DNA of 64,000 nt from Octopus sinensis (lineage: Eukaryota): assembly GCF_006345805.1 (NCBI RefSeq), contig NC_043015.1, forward strand, positions 34,038,001 to 34,102,000, given 5' to 3'. The notes under the pieces are model-generated. The model saw only the letters and a program-made list of their open reading frames with translations. It ran no database searches and was not told the origin of the DNA. This document shows positions 1 through 13,193 of the stretch, one piece after another; position 1 is the first letter of the stretch; each line of letters opens with the position of its first letter. The position numbers were made by a program, and so were the translations under genes.

Positions 1-119
1 TACACATACATATGTACATACATTTTTGCAAATTCATAATATACAATGCGCAAAGCATACAAACCCTGCAAAATATGCAAGATAATTGCTGATTCTCTTC
101 TGTAGGAACATCATCTATG

Positions 120-158
<39 letters not shown>

Positions 159-264
159 TACTAAAAAATGCAGAGAGAAATAACACGGTGTGACTTGTGG
201 CAGATACATATGAATGACACAGACTAATACAGATATATCAAATAGTATACAACATAAATTCTTG

Positions 265-2347
265 ATGTATGTATGTGTGTATGTATGTATGTATGTATGG
301 ATGGATGGATGGATGGATGGATGGATGGATTTATGGATGTATGTATGGATGTATGGATTGATGAATGTAAGTGTGTGTATGTATGTATGTATGTATGGAT
401 GGATGTATGTATGTATGTATGCATGTATGTATGTATGGATGGATGGATGGATGGATGTATGGATGGATTTATGGATGGATGTATGGATGTGTGTGTGTAT
501 GTGTGTATGTATGTATGTATGGATGGATGGATGGATGGATGTATTGTATGTATGTATGTATGTATGTAGTATGTATGTATGTATGTATAGATGGATGGAT
601 GTATGGATGGATTTATGGATGGATGTATGGATGTGTGTGTGTATGTGTGTATGTATGTATGGATGGATGGATGTATTTATGGATGTATTTATGGATGTAT
701 GTATGTGTGTATGTATGTATGGATGTATGTATGTATGTATGTATGTATGTATGGATGGATGGATGTATGTATGGATGTATGTATGTATGTATGTATGTAT
801 GGATGGATGGATGGATGTATGGACGTATGTATGTATGTATGTATGTATGGATGGATGGATGTATGTATGTATGTATGTATGGACGTATGTATGTATGTAT
901 GTATGGATGGATGGATGTATGTATGTATGTATGTATGTATGTATGTATGGATGGATGTATGGACGTATGTATGTATGTATGTATGTATGTATGTATGTAT
1001 GGATGTGTATGTATGTATGTATGGATGTATGTATGTATGTATGTATGTATGTATGTATGTATGTATGGATGGATGGATATATGTATGTATGTATGGGTGT
1101 ATGTATGTATGTATGTATGTATGTATGTATGGATGGATGGATGGATGGATGTATGTATGTATGGATGGATGGATGGATGGATGGATGGATGTATGTATGT
1201 ATGTATGGATGGATGTATGTATGTATGTATGTATGGATGGATGGATGGATGGATGTATGTATGGATGTATGGATGGATGGATGGATGGATGTATGTATGT
1301 ATGGATGGATGGATGTATGTATGTATGTATGTATGTATGTATGGATGGATGGATGGATGTATGTATGTATGTATGTATGTATGTATGGATGGATGGATGG
1401 ATGGATGGATGTATGTATGTATGTATGGATGGATGGATGGATGGATGGATGGATGTATGTATGTATGTATGTATGTATGTATGTATGTATGGAAGTATGT
1501 ATGGATGGATGGATGGATGGATGGATGGATGGATGGTTGGATGTATGTATGGATGTATGTATGTATGTATGTATGTATGTATGTATGGACGTATGTATGT
1601 ATGTATGTATGTATGGATGTATGGATGGATGGATGGATGGATGTATGTATGTATGTATGTATGGATGGATGGATGGATGTATGTATGTATGGATGTATGT
1701 ATGTATGGATGTATGTATGTATGTATGTATGTATGGACGTATGTATGTATGTATGGATGGATGGATGGATGTATGTATTTATGTATGTATGTATGTATGT
1801 ATGTATGTATGTATGTATGTATGTATGTATGTATGGACGTATGTATGTATGTGTGTATGGATGGATGGATGGATGGATGTATGTATGTATGGATGTATGT
1901 ATGGACGTATGTATGGATGTATGGATGGATGGATGGATGTATGTATGTATGTATGGATGGATGGATGGATGTATGTATGTATGTATGGATGGATGGATGT
2001 ATGTATGTATGTATGGATGGATGGATGTATGGATGTATGGATGTATGTATGTATGGACGTATGTATGTATGTATGGATGTATGGATGTATGGATGGATGG
2101 ATGGATGTATGGATGTATGTATGTATGGACGTATGTATGTATGGATGGATGGATGTATGTATGGATGGATGGATGGATGGATGGATGGATGTATGTATGG
2201 ATGGATGGATGGATGGATGGATGGATGGATGGATGTATGGATGTATGTATGTATGTGTGTATGTATGTATGTATGTATGTATGGACGTATGTATGTATGG
2301 ATGGATGGATGGATGGATGGATGGATGGATGGATGGATGGATGGATG
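265..2347. repeat. Compound tetranucleotide microsatellite array (ATGT)n/(ATGG)n, about 2.1 kb
   Basis: Continuous mosaic of ATGT and ATGG tetramers with occasional ACGT and GT variants; explains the stop-free MYVC/MDGW and IHTY/IHPS ORFs. Confidence 0.98.
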
Positions 2348-2460
2348 CCATTATTCAGTTTTATTTCAACATTTTCTGGCCAACTGAGAAGGAGCTGCTT
2401 TCTAACCCAGATCCGAAGCTCATTCCTTGAAATTCTAAAAACATCAACTGGGTACTTTTG

Positions 2461-2498
<38 letters not shown>

Positions 2499-2767
2499 GT
2501 TTGGGGTCAGGGCATTTGCAGGTTTGTATGTTTAGTTTTCTGTATGTCTTCTCATGTAGTATATGGTTGCATGTCCTGACATGTTCGATTTCCTTTCATT
2601 TAGTGCTACGTGAAAACATGTGGGTAATTACAAACACATGTGGGTACACATGTGGGTGTGTGCACGTGGATGTGCACGTGGATGTACTGTGGAACTGGTC
2701 AGTAAAGTGGTTGTTGTAGATGCAATTGTTGTTGTTGTGGTGGTGATTCTTGTTGCTGTTGTTGTAG

Positions 2768-3435
2768 ATACTAAGAAATGAATGAATAGAAAATACAAAA
2801 AAAAGAAAAACATTGTAAATAATCTAAATACAAAGAACATTTTAAAATGGTCATATCAGTTTTGCATTTTTCTAAAAAAATTTGCATATTCCACAACTTT
2901 AATGGTTTCTGACTTGCTCTGATGTTACCTTGTCCATTTGTTTGGATCATGCATGGCTGTTGACTGACCTCTTTATTACAGCAGAAGAAAATATAGGCAC
3001 AAAGTGTTTTTAAAAAGTCACTACTTAAAAAAGAGCTAATTCAAGACATAATTAAGAGGGTCCCATTCAATTCAGAGGCCCCAAAACTTGTAAGGCTTCA
3101 GTAGATTCAGAGCAACTCGTTTAAATTTAATGGCTTTTTAAATCTAAAAAGGCCCAGTAAATTAAAGGAGGGCTTTTAAGTAGTGACTTTTTAAAAACAC
3201 TTTGTGCCTATATTTTCTTCTGCTGTAATAAAGAGGTCAGTCAACAGCCATGCATGATCCAAACAAATGGACAAGGTAACATCAGAGCAAGTCAGAAACC
3301 ATTAAAGTTGTGGAATATGCAAATTTTTTAGAAAAATGCAAAACTGATATGACCATTTTAAAATGTTCTTTGTATTTAGATTATTTACAATGTTTTTTTT
3401 TTTTTTGTATTTTCTATTCATTCATTTCTTAGTAT
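2768..3435. repeat. Long near-perfect inverted repeat (foldback or MITE-like), arms 263/262 bp, spacer 143 bp
   Basis: 2768-3030 is the reverse complement of 3174-3435; I found only one substitution (in an A-run) and one 1-bp homopolymer indel. TA lies at 2769-2770 and 3433-3434. Confidence 0.95.
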
Positions 3436-5035
3436 AAATTGTAAACAATCAGTATTATTTAAATAGAGAAAGCTCCTGTTTCCTGGAACTCAGACTGCTC
3501 CATGGACCCAGCAGAAAAATGGAAAAGGCATTGCTCCAGAGGATGGTGAGGGAGAGGCACTGGAAGAGTCCCTTTGACTCACAGGGCTTGGACTTAATAC
3601 ATATTCCTATTGTTTTACACGTAAACAGTTGAAACTTACATGTGCAAAATTGTAGAGGTCTCTAAAACCTATTGGCTCAGGGTCCACACTAGGTTCTAAA
3701 TCCAGCTCTGTGCTGGATGCAGTACATTTTGTAAACTGGTTGGCACTAGGGAGGGAGTCCATGTCAAAGTGGACCCTGGAGCTTGGTGCATTCCTCTGAC
3801 TCATTGGATCCTATTGAACCATTCAGCCGATGCTAGCATGAAAGACAGATATATAAATGATTATGATGATATATGTATGCATATATGTATATTTATGTAC
3901 GGGAGTTTCCAAGGTTATCCCAAATCGGAGCAGATTTATTTGATTTCCTTGCACAAATCTGGCAGTAATATGCTCTTTTAATTTCATATGATATGTACAT
4001 ATATATGGAGAGAGGGAGAGCGAGAGAGAGAGAGAGTGAGGTAATTTCATTCATGTAAGATGTAATGAAGATATTACACCCTTAGTTTCCCATTGAACAA
4101 ACACATATAATAGGGTGTATATATAATCGATACATACAGGTAACATAATCTCATCAGTTGTTTTGCAGTCTTAAATTGTTTGTATGTTTTTTACACTTTC
4201 AGTTTTCACTTCCAATCTTCTTTACATTATTTTATAAAAATCTGAAAAATATTAGTTTTTTCAAAATACATTTTGAGTGAATAAATTTATTGAATTTTTT
4301 AGAAAATAATATTTTCTTTGCGAATATCTGCTCCGTTAATATAGTCATAGAAACTTCCTATCTCAATGAAATCACAAAAGTACAAGAATGCATAACAAGA
4401 GGACGAGGGAAAAGTAGTTTGTATATACAGAGAGAGAGAGGGAGAAAGAGAGAGATAGAGAAGTGTAATAGAGGCATGCACAGGAACTGAATGTGTGAGA
4501 GAGAGAGAGAGAGAGCATGTGTATGGGAGAGAGAAAGTGGGAAAGAGAAAAGGCAGGAGAGGGAGAGAGAGAGAAAATTTTCCAAAATGGAATATTTTCT
4601 ACTATTAAATGAAAGTAAATACTTATAAATGTTTATTTTGGCTTGGCACAAGTCTTCAGATTTATATACAGAAGATGAAAAATGAGATGGTATAATGTTC
4701 ATGATTGTCTTCTGAAGGCCATTAACAGCAACATTAAACTGAAATGGCTTCAATTTGGCATCAAAATTTGGAATCAAAATCTCTGCTAAAATTTTCATGA
4801 AATTCTTTTTGCAACAGGCTATTGAGATTCAAGATAGAGCTTTGGATAATGCACGGAGAGTTGCTTACCATTATTTATATGCTGCTTGCTTTTAATGTCA
4901 TCACCTCTTGGTTTTCGGTTACTTTCAATAGAATCCATCCTGTTGAATATTTTACATCTGGTCCACTGTTCTGTATTTTGTTCCCCAGCACATCTTTAAT
5001 TCAGAGACTGACTTGCTGATGTTCCACGGATAGCT

Positions 5036-5191
5036 GTGAGTTAAGAAGCTTGTTTGGCAAGCACAGGATTTCAGTTTCAATCCCACTGCCTGATAACCTT
5101 GGGCAAGTATCTTCAACTACAGCTCCATGCTAACCAATGCCTTGTAAGTAAATTTGGTAGATGAAAACTGGGTGGAAGCCCAGTTCATATC

Positions 5192-5235
<44 letters not shown>
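5036..5235 (+). mobile_element. Diverged tRNA-derived SINE (called family A here), 5' part
   Basis: Matches the other family A copies in the window (CCTTGGGCAAGT..CTT, GCCTTGT.AGT..ATTTGGTAGA.G.AAACTG, then a GT tract). Confidence 0.75.
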
Positions 5236-5237
<2 letters not shown>

Positions 5238-5490
5238 TCCCTCCCAATAGAACAAGTGCCGGACTTTAAAAACATAATGAGTGCAATTTACTCAACTGAA
5301 CCCTTTAAGGTAATGCCTCACTATGGCTGCAATCCAATGATTGAAACAAGCCAAAGATAAAAGAATTCATAAATAATACCAAAAGGAAAAATGTTCTCAT
5401 CATTAATTGTGACTGAGGATACTGAAGTACCTGTATTGCAAGAAACAAGAGTTAAATGCTCTTAATGCTGTAAGAAGCATGCAATATATA

Positions 5491-6395
5491 TTGGGTTATC
5501 TCATAAATAATGCAGTTTTTTTATACTTCTTTTATTTTCAAAATTAAGATAAACAAAGTTCTTTTTTAATCTAAAATATACTCTCCTTCATTTCCTACAA
5601 TGCCCTTCCATCTATCTGGTAGATTTGCAAGGCTCCTCTCTTCCGAAATTCACTTGTCCGTGATGAAAAATACTCCTCCAGTACTGTTCTGACCTCTCTT
5701 TTACTCTTTTACTCTTTTACTCTTTTACTTGTTTCAGTCATTTCACTGTGGCCATGCTGGATCACCGCCTTTAGTTGAGCAAATCGACCCCAGGACTTAT
5801 TCTTTGTAAGCCTAGTACTTATTCTATCGATCTCTTTTGCTGAACTGCTAAGTTACAGGGATGTAAACACACCAGCATCGGTTGTCAAGCGATGTTGGGG
5901 GGGGGGACAAACACAGACACACAAACATATACACACACACACATATATATATACATATATACGATGGGCTTCTTTCAGTTTCCATCTACCAAATCCACTC
6001 ACAGGGCTTGGGTTGGCCTGAAACTATAGTAGAAGGCACTTGCCCAAGGTGCCACGCAGTGGGACTGAACCCGGAATCATGTGGTTTATAAGCAAGCTAC
6101 TTACCACACAGCTACTCCTATGCCTATTTTTTCCATCCAAATAATTTTGAAGACTGTGGAATAAATGATAATCAGATGGGGCAATGTCTGGCAAATATGG
6201 TGGGTGGGGCATCGTTTCCCATTCAAACTACTCCATTCTTTGGAATGTCATCCTCACTGTATGTGGCTGAGCATTATCCTGATGGAAGAATTCCTTTCGT
6301 CTTGAAACCAAAGACGGTCGTTTTTCTTCTAGCACTGACTTAAGCAGTTCAAGCTGCTCTCAGTAGATCTCCTTTGTTATCGTTTGGTTTAGGTT
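5491..6395 (-). mobile_element. Mariner (DD34D-type) transposase 3' remnant with 3' TIR, split by a SINE
   Basis: Minus strand 6395-6127 reads NQTITKEIY*EQL..FFHQDNAQPHT..WETMPHPPYLPDIAPSDYHLFHSLQNYLDGK. It resumes below the SINE as EVRTVLEEYFSSR..LPDRWKGIVGNEGEYILD. TIR TTGGGTTATCTCATAAATAATGC follows a TA at 5489-5490. Confidence 0.9.
5697..6125 (-). mobile_element. Full-length family A tRNA-derived SINE
   Basis: A/B-box-like head (TAGCTGTGTGG..GGTTCAGTCCC), central GT/AT microsatellite and (AAGAGTAA)n tail; homologous to copies at 20632, 22290 and 23780. Confidence 0.9.
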
Positions 6396-7179
6396 TAAAA
6401 GTTTAAAGGGGACTAAACCTATAGCTCACAAATTTTAGTTCCAATATAAAAATGTCTAACAGGAAGGCATTGACCATAAGGGTCACATTATGTAATTAAG
6501 GTAAGTGAAGTATCATTTTAATTTATTATATTTAGAGAGGGGTACGCAGGTGATTGCTTTGGAAAATAGTGAAAAGATGGTGAAAGGAGAAAAATGCTTG
6601 AGAGACCCTGATTTGTTGTAACAATAAGTTTAAATTGAAATAAAAACGAAGAAACTTCTTTTAACATATAGTTTGAAACTATGATCAATCTTTGTCAATC
6701 ATTAATCTTGACTATACTAATTATATCTTACTAGTTCATCATGGCAGCCATTCTCTAAAAACAAACGTTTTCCTTTATAGCCTTTCTCTATGATATTTAC
6801 ATATTTTCATGTCCTTTCTTTTGTCTAGAATATTTTTCTTTGAATCATTTTCTTAATTTGGGGAAGCATTTATAAAAGTTCTAATGAAACAATGGTAAAG
6901 TGTTTCTAATGCTACAGACATCCACATCAAGACAATTATGTAGGTTTACTGCCTGAAGAGGAAAATAAACATATTATGTCTCTTTTGTTTCACAGTTTTT
7001 ATTGTATATTTCATTTCTTCTTCACCAAATTCTTTCTTTTAAATAGTGCAAAAAGCAAAGCAAAATTCAAACAATAACCATAGAACAGCATTGTTCTTGG
7101 AATTGTGTTCTATATTATTTAACCAAAGCTATCTGATGAAAACCTTTTAAAATTTCTGATATACATACATTTATATATA

Positions 7180-7223
<44 letters not shown>

Positions 7224-7252
7224 ACTGTTCATGTTTATACAGATATGTGTGA

Positions 7253-7295
<43 letters not shown>

Positions 7296-7855
7296 CACAT
7301 ACATACACACACACACACATATATATATATAGGTTATGTTTAAAATTAAAGTTTAGATAGGACACACACGTATCATGCCAACACCATCCTGCCACACACA
7401 GTAGCAAAATGTACATATATCACTGTAACATATTATATAACCTGATGAGATTTTTTCTGCACTATGGGGGGCATTCGATTCCATTATATCGTTTCCCACA
7501 CACTTGCAGTACTGATATAAGCTTACTCTGTCTTCCCTATCTATTATTTAATATATATATATATATATATATAATATATATATATATATAATATATATAT
7601 ATATACACACATACACATATATAAAGTGCTTCAAAACTTTGGAAATTTCTTAAATCTTTAATAAATCTGTCACAAAAATTAAACCTCCTCATTCCTCATT
7701 TCTCTTCTTTTTACTTTGCTTTATCTTTCTTTAATTTTCTTTTAATTCATTCAGTCATCTTATTCCACCATTCTTCTTTAGTTAGCTTCCTAACCTGTCC
7801 TACTAACAGTGTTAGCCTGTTGTCTCACTATACTATACTATGATAAATATATATA

Positions 7856-8118
7856 TGCCAGTGCCACTGGACTGGCTCCTGTGGAGGTGGCACATAAAAA
7901 GCACCATTTGAGCAGTACTGCCTGACTGGCACATAAAAGCACCCACTATACTCTCGGAGTAGTTGTTGTTAGGAAGGGCATCAAGCTGTAGAAACTCTGC
8001 CAGATCAGATTGGAGTCTGGTGCAGCCATCTCGTTCGCTAGACCTCAGTCAAATCGTCCAACCCATGCTAGCATGGAAAGTGGACGTTAAATGGTGATGA
8101 TGATGATGATGATGATGA
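7856..8118 (+). mobile_element. Family B SINE-like retroposon, 5'-truncated, with (GAT)n tail
   Basis: GTTAGGAAGGGCATC.AGCTG core and CCAACCCATGCTAGCATGGAAAG.GGACGTTAAAT(GAT)n 3' end shared with 20058-20580 and 54820-55255; a tail-only copy lies at about 9349-9405. Confidence 0.85.
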
Positions 8119-8611
8119 TATATATATATATATAAACTTCTTGATGGAATCATAGGGATGCTATATATGGAGTTTCTTGAACATTTCAGACTTGGCAGCT
8201 CTCCTCCCTCTCCTGGTTTTATGACATTCAGTTCTTCCAGAAAGAGTGAAAGACAGGAAGAGAGAGTTAGAGAAAGAGAAGAATTAATTAAAGTACTTGA
8301 CTGGTGATTTATTTATCAGTCCTGAAAAAACAAAAGCAAAGTTGACCTGGGCAATTGTGGCAGGCACAAGTGTGAGGTGAAAGGGGAGTAATGCCATATT
8401 TAAGGAAAAATACCATTGAAAGATCTGTAGAGACAGGGAAAAAATATATAAAAGATATATAAAAGATAGTTCTGAGCAAAGGGAAAAGTCTGGAGGCTAT
8501 TAAAGCAGTGCAATGCTTGGAGAAAGTAATAAAAAATGATTTAAAAAATGGTTAAGAGAAGGTCACTGAAGTGGGCAGAGACAGAAAAACAAAAAGGAAA
8601 ACAAATTCAAG

Positions 8612-8891
8612 TTTTATGGAAACTTTCACTTCTTCAGAAATATCAGCAGCAAAACAAACAGCACCTCATCTAATTAGATGTGGTTGTTAAAAGACCAACA
8701 GAAATATGAAGTGGAAAATCATAAATTATGCTAATGCATACAAGCAGAATGGAAACTGCAACCTGTTTATAGCAAATAAGTTGACTGTATGGTTGCATCC
8801 TGGACTAACCTTAAAAACATCTGACCTGATTGCCTTTTGGATGCAAGGGCCCAAGTATAGACTCATAAATTTGAAAGCTAAATGGAAATGA
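8612..8891 (+). mobile_element. Penelope-like element GIY-YIG endonuclease C-terminal relic
   Basis: ORF 8706-8891 MKWKIINYANAYKQNGNCNLFIANK..LKTSDLIAF..KYRL matches the PLE pattern KW.I..A..Y..CNLC..EK..LN..SEL..C.H..KY.L; the upstream sequence reads ST.SN*MWLLKD. Confidence 0.65.
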
Positions 8892-9373
8892 TATCACCTA
8901 TGTACTATAAAGCCAAGTGCCAACAATGTCATCCACTTGTTGTTCATTCATCTGGAATCCACCTCATACCATCCACAGCTGCATCTTATAGTCTCATACT
9001 GTGCTGGATCCCACATGCCATACCATCCATAATATCCTCAAGCAACTCCTTCATATTTCACATTCTATATTTTAAACGAAAACATCCAATTTCAAGCATG
9101 CTTGTCCACATTGCTCTTGTGTTCCTTATATTCTCAGACTCCTACATTTTTAGTCTCATGTTTTGATCGTGAACCCAGCATTTCACAAAGAATCATTACA
9201 CTAAATTTATGCCGGCAGTATTTCTTTATAAATTTATATATTCATTTAATTAATTTATATATGTGTATATCTTCACAAATATATCTTCATATCTGCAGAT
9301 GAGTAAGTATATATATATATTATATACATATATATGCATATAAATATATGCTAGCATGGAAAACGGACGTTAA

Positions 9374-9405
<32 letters not shown>

Positions 9406-10079
9406 ATATATATAAAATACACACACGTGTGTGTATGTTTGTTCAATGGCCAATATAAAATCTTAGTAGACAACACTTATAAGGTTACTGATACTTTGTC
9501 AAATTTAATAATCAAATTAATGATTTCAGTTTCCGAAGAGCTTCTGTCACAAATTGGACTGACATTAACGGTAAATGAAAACTGTTTTTGACAGCACAAA
9601 GAATTCCTCATAGTACACATTTGAAAAGCTGGAGAATCAAGTAGATTTCTGAGACAGATTCTTGTGTGAAGAATGTCTTAAAGGCAATATTTGAAGACAA
9701 ACCTCAAAGAACAGAGAAATTAATCAGCAAAAGATTTATTTTGGACATTTCATAGTTCAGAATACGACCAAATGAATATAACTAAATAACTACAGAATAT
9801 AACTGAATAAAGACTATAACCAAATAACTACACATTTGAATGCATCTCTCCTAGGAAAAGTTTAAGTATTGCTAAATGCTACTTGTGCATTTCATTTTCA
9901 GCTTTACCTGGTGGTTATATCGTTTATATTTATCAACTTGGAAAGACAGGAAGAAAAGAGACAGCAAAGATGACATCAAGTAACTAGAAGAGATGCTGAA
10001 AGTTGGAGGTTTGTTTGTGTTCTGCAAAATAAAGACCAAAGGCATGAGGTTTCCTGGATTGTAGGTCAGTCTACGAGAG

Positions 10080-10720
10080 AGAATTGAAATGTTGTTGAAG
10101 AGAATTATGTATGGAATGGTAACAGCACATTTGCCCATGCTTGCACTGGAAAGGGACACACAAATGCTATAATGGGAGGTTAGTGAATGCATTGGAAATA
10201 TGACCACCCCAAGCAGACCCAACAAAGGGATCAGCCATTGAGGTTGGTTACAGGAATAGTAAATCGAGTGGCACTGCAAAATGTCTTACCCAATGACTGG
10301 CAGAGCTGTATCAAGAACCACCAGGGCAAGGGAGAAATTATAGATTATAGTTAGAGGCAACTACAGATTTATCAGACTGATTGACCAGGTTATGGAAGTG
10401 AATGAAAGACTTACAAGATGGACTATCACTGATGCCCTCTTCTTAGTATGACAGTGACAGGAGAAGTAGTTAGCAAAGGAGTAAGTGGTCATTGACTGGA
10501 TCATGGAAGACTATTACGAGGTAAAGGATCAAAGGGGTACAATGGAACCCATGGACACAGTTAAATGACTGTGGCTTTAATTCTGCTGATGACCTTACCC
10601 TCTTGTTGCACAATCATAACTAGACGCAGGAGAAGACAAATAAACTGCAGATGCATTCCTTGAAACAAGAGTGAGGATCAATAGGAAGAAGACCAACCTG
10701 ATGATGACCACCACTTTTGA
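10080..10720 (+). mobile_element. RTE-clade LINE reverse transcriptase fragments (decayed)
   Basis: Frame-shifted motifs LPNDWQSC..GKG, NYRFIRLIDQVMEV, TDALFLV*Q*QEK*LAK, VIDWIM, a degenerate (F)ADDL, and RINRKKTNLM. Confidence 0.75.
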
Positions 10721-11654
10721 TAACATACTATAACAGCAATCCCTTTCTCTTTGCTCTCACTACTCTCCACTCTCTCTTTCTTTTCCACCTTGCTCTTCAA
10801 CTAATCACATGACAGTGTCACACATTGGGCCGTAGCGTGTTAATATATAGATATTATTTCCTACTTTTATTAATCTGTACTGAAGAACTGGCAGCAAAAA
10901 ATTAGAAAAATATAGAGGAAAGAGATCGTAAATGGATGCCGTATCGTTTTAAGCAGACTTCATGATTTGTGAGGAAACGAAGAATGGTGTTTGTCCAATG
11001 GAGCAAGTAGTCAATAATTTATCGAAACATCACTTAGACTGCTCAACCTTTGCAAGAATTCTATTTTTTCTTCTATTTTTGGAAACTGACTTTAGTAAAT
11101 TATCAGGAGATATATTCTGTAAAAATGTTTGTATCCTTCTTCTTCTCCTCACCACCACCACCACCACCACCACAACAACAGACATATCACCACCATCACC
11201 ATCACCATTACCATCTTCTATCTTCCCATGAGAAAAGCATGAGATATTTTGATGGTCTAATGCAAATATGTTAACATACATATTTATAATGGTAAAGTGG
11301 GTCGTTATCATAGGTGCCTCGTTGTATAAAATGAGTATATGTTAATTAATTAAAATGGACAACTTTTAGCTTTTTGCCACAAGGACCAGGTGGTGGTGTT
11401 AAACACAGGGACCAAGCTAGTTCCAATCCTTGTGGTCAGATTTCATCAGGTCCTAAGTAACAGAAGATTTTGTAAGCAGTGGTTCTGCTAACACAAAGAG
11501 AATATGCATTCATGATGAATGTACCAAGATGAAGTATTTACCTCTGTCTACAGACACAATATTGACTAAAAATCTTTAGATATATTCTGCAGGGTAGTTT
11601 AGTAATAAAATAAAACGCTTTTAAACATGTGTTTTATACATTAATGAATGTAGC

Positions 11655-11787
11655 AAAGTGGCCAGCTAGCAGAATCATTAGCAGACTTGGCAAAAATGCT
11701 TAGTGGGATTTTGTCCACTTTCAAATATGAGTTCAATTTCTACTGAGGTTGACTTTGCATTTTACCCTTTTGGATCAATAAAAAAAG
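11655..11787 (+). mobile_element. Family C SINE (Meta-domain-like), diverged
   Basis: GAGGTTGACTTTGC..T..CCTTT.GGATCAATAAA resembles the core of the better-preserved copy at 41754-41983. Confidence 0.6.
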
Positions 11788-12009
11788 TGGCAATTTGGTA
11801 TTGAGGCTGATGTAATCAACTTACCCACTACTTTCAAAATTGCTGGCGTTGTGCTAAAATGTGAAATCAATGCATTAAGGAATGTAATAAATGATGATAA
11901 CGATGATGTTGCAGTTAATGATGTCCATTTGTTTTCAAGCAAAACTACTCTTTCCAGATATACAATTTTTCTTTCATTCCCAGACCTGTTATTACAAGAA
12001 AGATAAAAT

Positions 12010-12222
12010 ATTCCTTTCCACAACAGGCACAAGGCCTGAAACTTTGGTGGGGGTGCTTTGTTGATTATATCAACCCCAGTGCTCAAACGGTACTTATTTC
12101 ATCAACCTGAAAAGGATGAAAGGCACAGCTGAACTCAGTGGAATCTACTCACTGGAATGGTCAAAAATGCTGCTAAGCATTTCGTCTGGTGTGGTAAATA
12201 TATGGGCTTGCTGGCTGCCTTG
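12010..12222 (-). mobile_element. Family C SINE (Meta-domain-like)
   Basis: ACCCCAGT..GGTACTTATTTCATCAACCTGAAAAGGATGAAAGGC..GCTAAGCATTT, collinear with 41754-41983 and 45255-45422. Confidence 0.7.
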
Positions 12223-13139
12223 GAAAATAAAATATTAAAGGAAAAAAATGGAGATATGAATGTTTTAATCAGCTACTTTTGTTTCTCTTAAGTTTCTGAT
12301 CCCCCCTCCCCACTGTATTTCATTATTTGATAATCTGAGCAAACATTCCCCGTTAACGTTTGATATTACTGAGTACTACAAGCATTGAACATTCAAACAA
12401 AATGGCTTCAAAACTTCTGTCCTGGCCAAAAATCTTCTCACCATACATCAATATGTGGCTGTTGTGCTTAGACTTATGTTTGCCATCATCGGCCGATGGG
12501 ACCATTTAATATGAAGAATGACAATTGAGATGCAATAAAAAGTTAATGTAATTAGTCTTTATACTTTAAGTTTGCATTGATCATTAGTCAATAAAAATAT
12601 AACTGTTGTTGTTCATTAGCCTAGAAACTGTGCATCCATCGCAGTATCCCATTGCCAAAGAGAAAGAGAAACCTCTATGATGAGAAATCCAAGCTGAAAA
12701 TAATGATTTGATGGCAATTTCTGTTTGTATTTCATTGACGGCATTGAAACAGAACTGAAACTGTGCAGTCAAGTAGCAGACTGCCATTAGAGACGAGGGG
12801 TGGGGGAACGAATAACTGCAGATCAAAAGAAGACAAACTCACAAATGTTCATTGTGCACTATCATAAAGCACAGAACTGTGTTGGTACCATACGATGGCA
12901 TGGCAACCAGGTTGAAGAGGAGACTTTCGAATTGGGTTCCAATGATTATATTGTTACACGGGAAACTATTAGTCTTTAAACTTTTCTAATCATTAACAAA
13001 CTGACACACATAAAATTTGAAGTGTCAAGCAGCTGGTACACTCAATTTATGGACTGACATGATTTATGCTGCAAACAATGAACCCATATCACAAAAATCT
13101 CTCAAGTATTGTGGAAGGAAAGAATTTGGAGAATAGACA

Positions 13140-13193
<54 letters not shown>

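Noticed and set aside
214-2719. Very long ORFs (up to 782 aa) of [12 protein letters not shown] repeats
   Set aside because: They are translations of a stop-free tetranucleotide microsatellite, with no non-repetitive domain.
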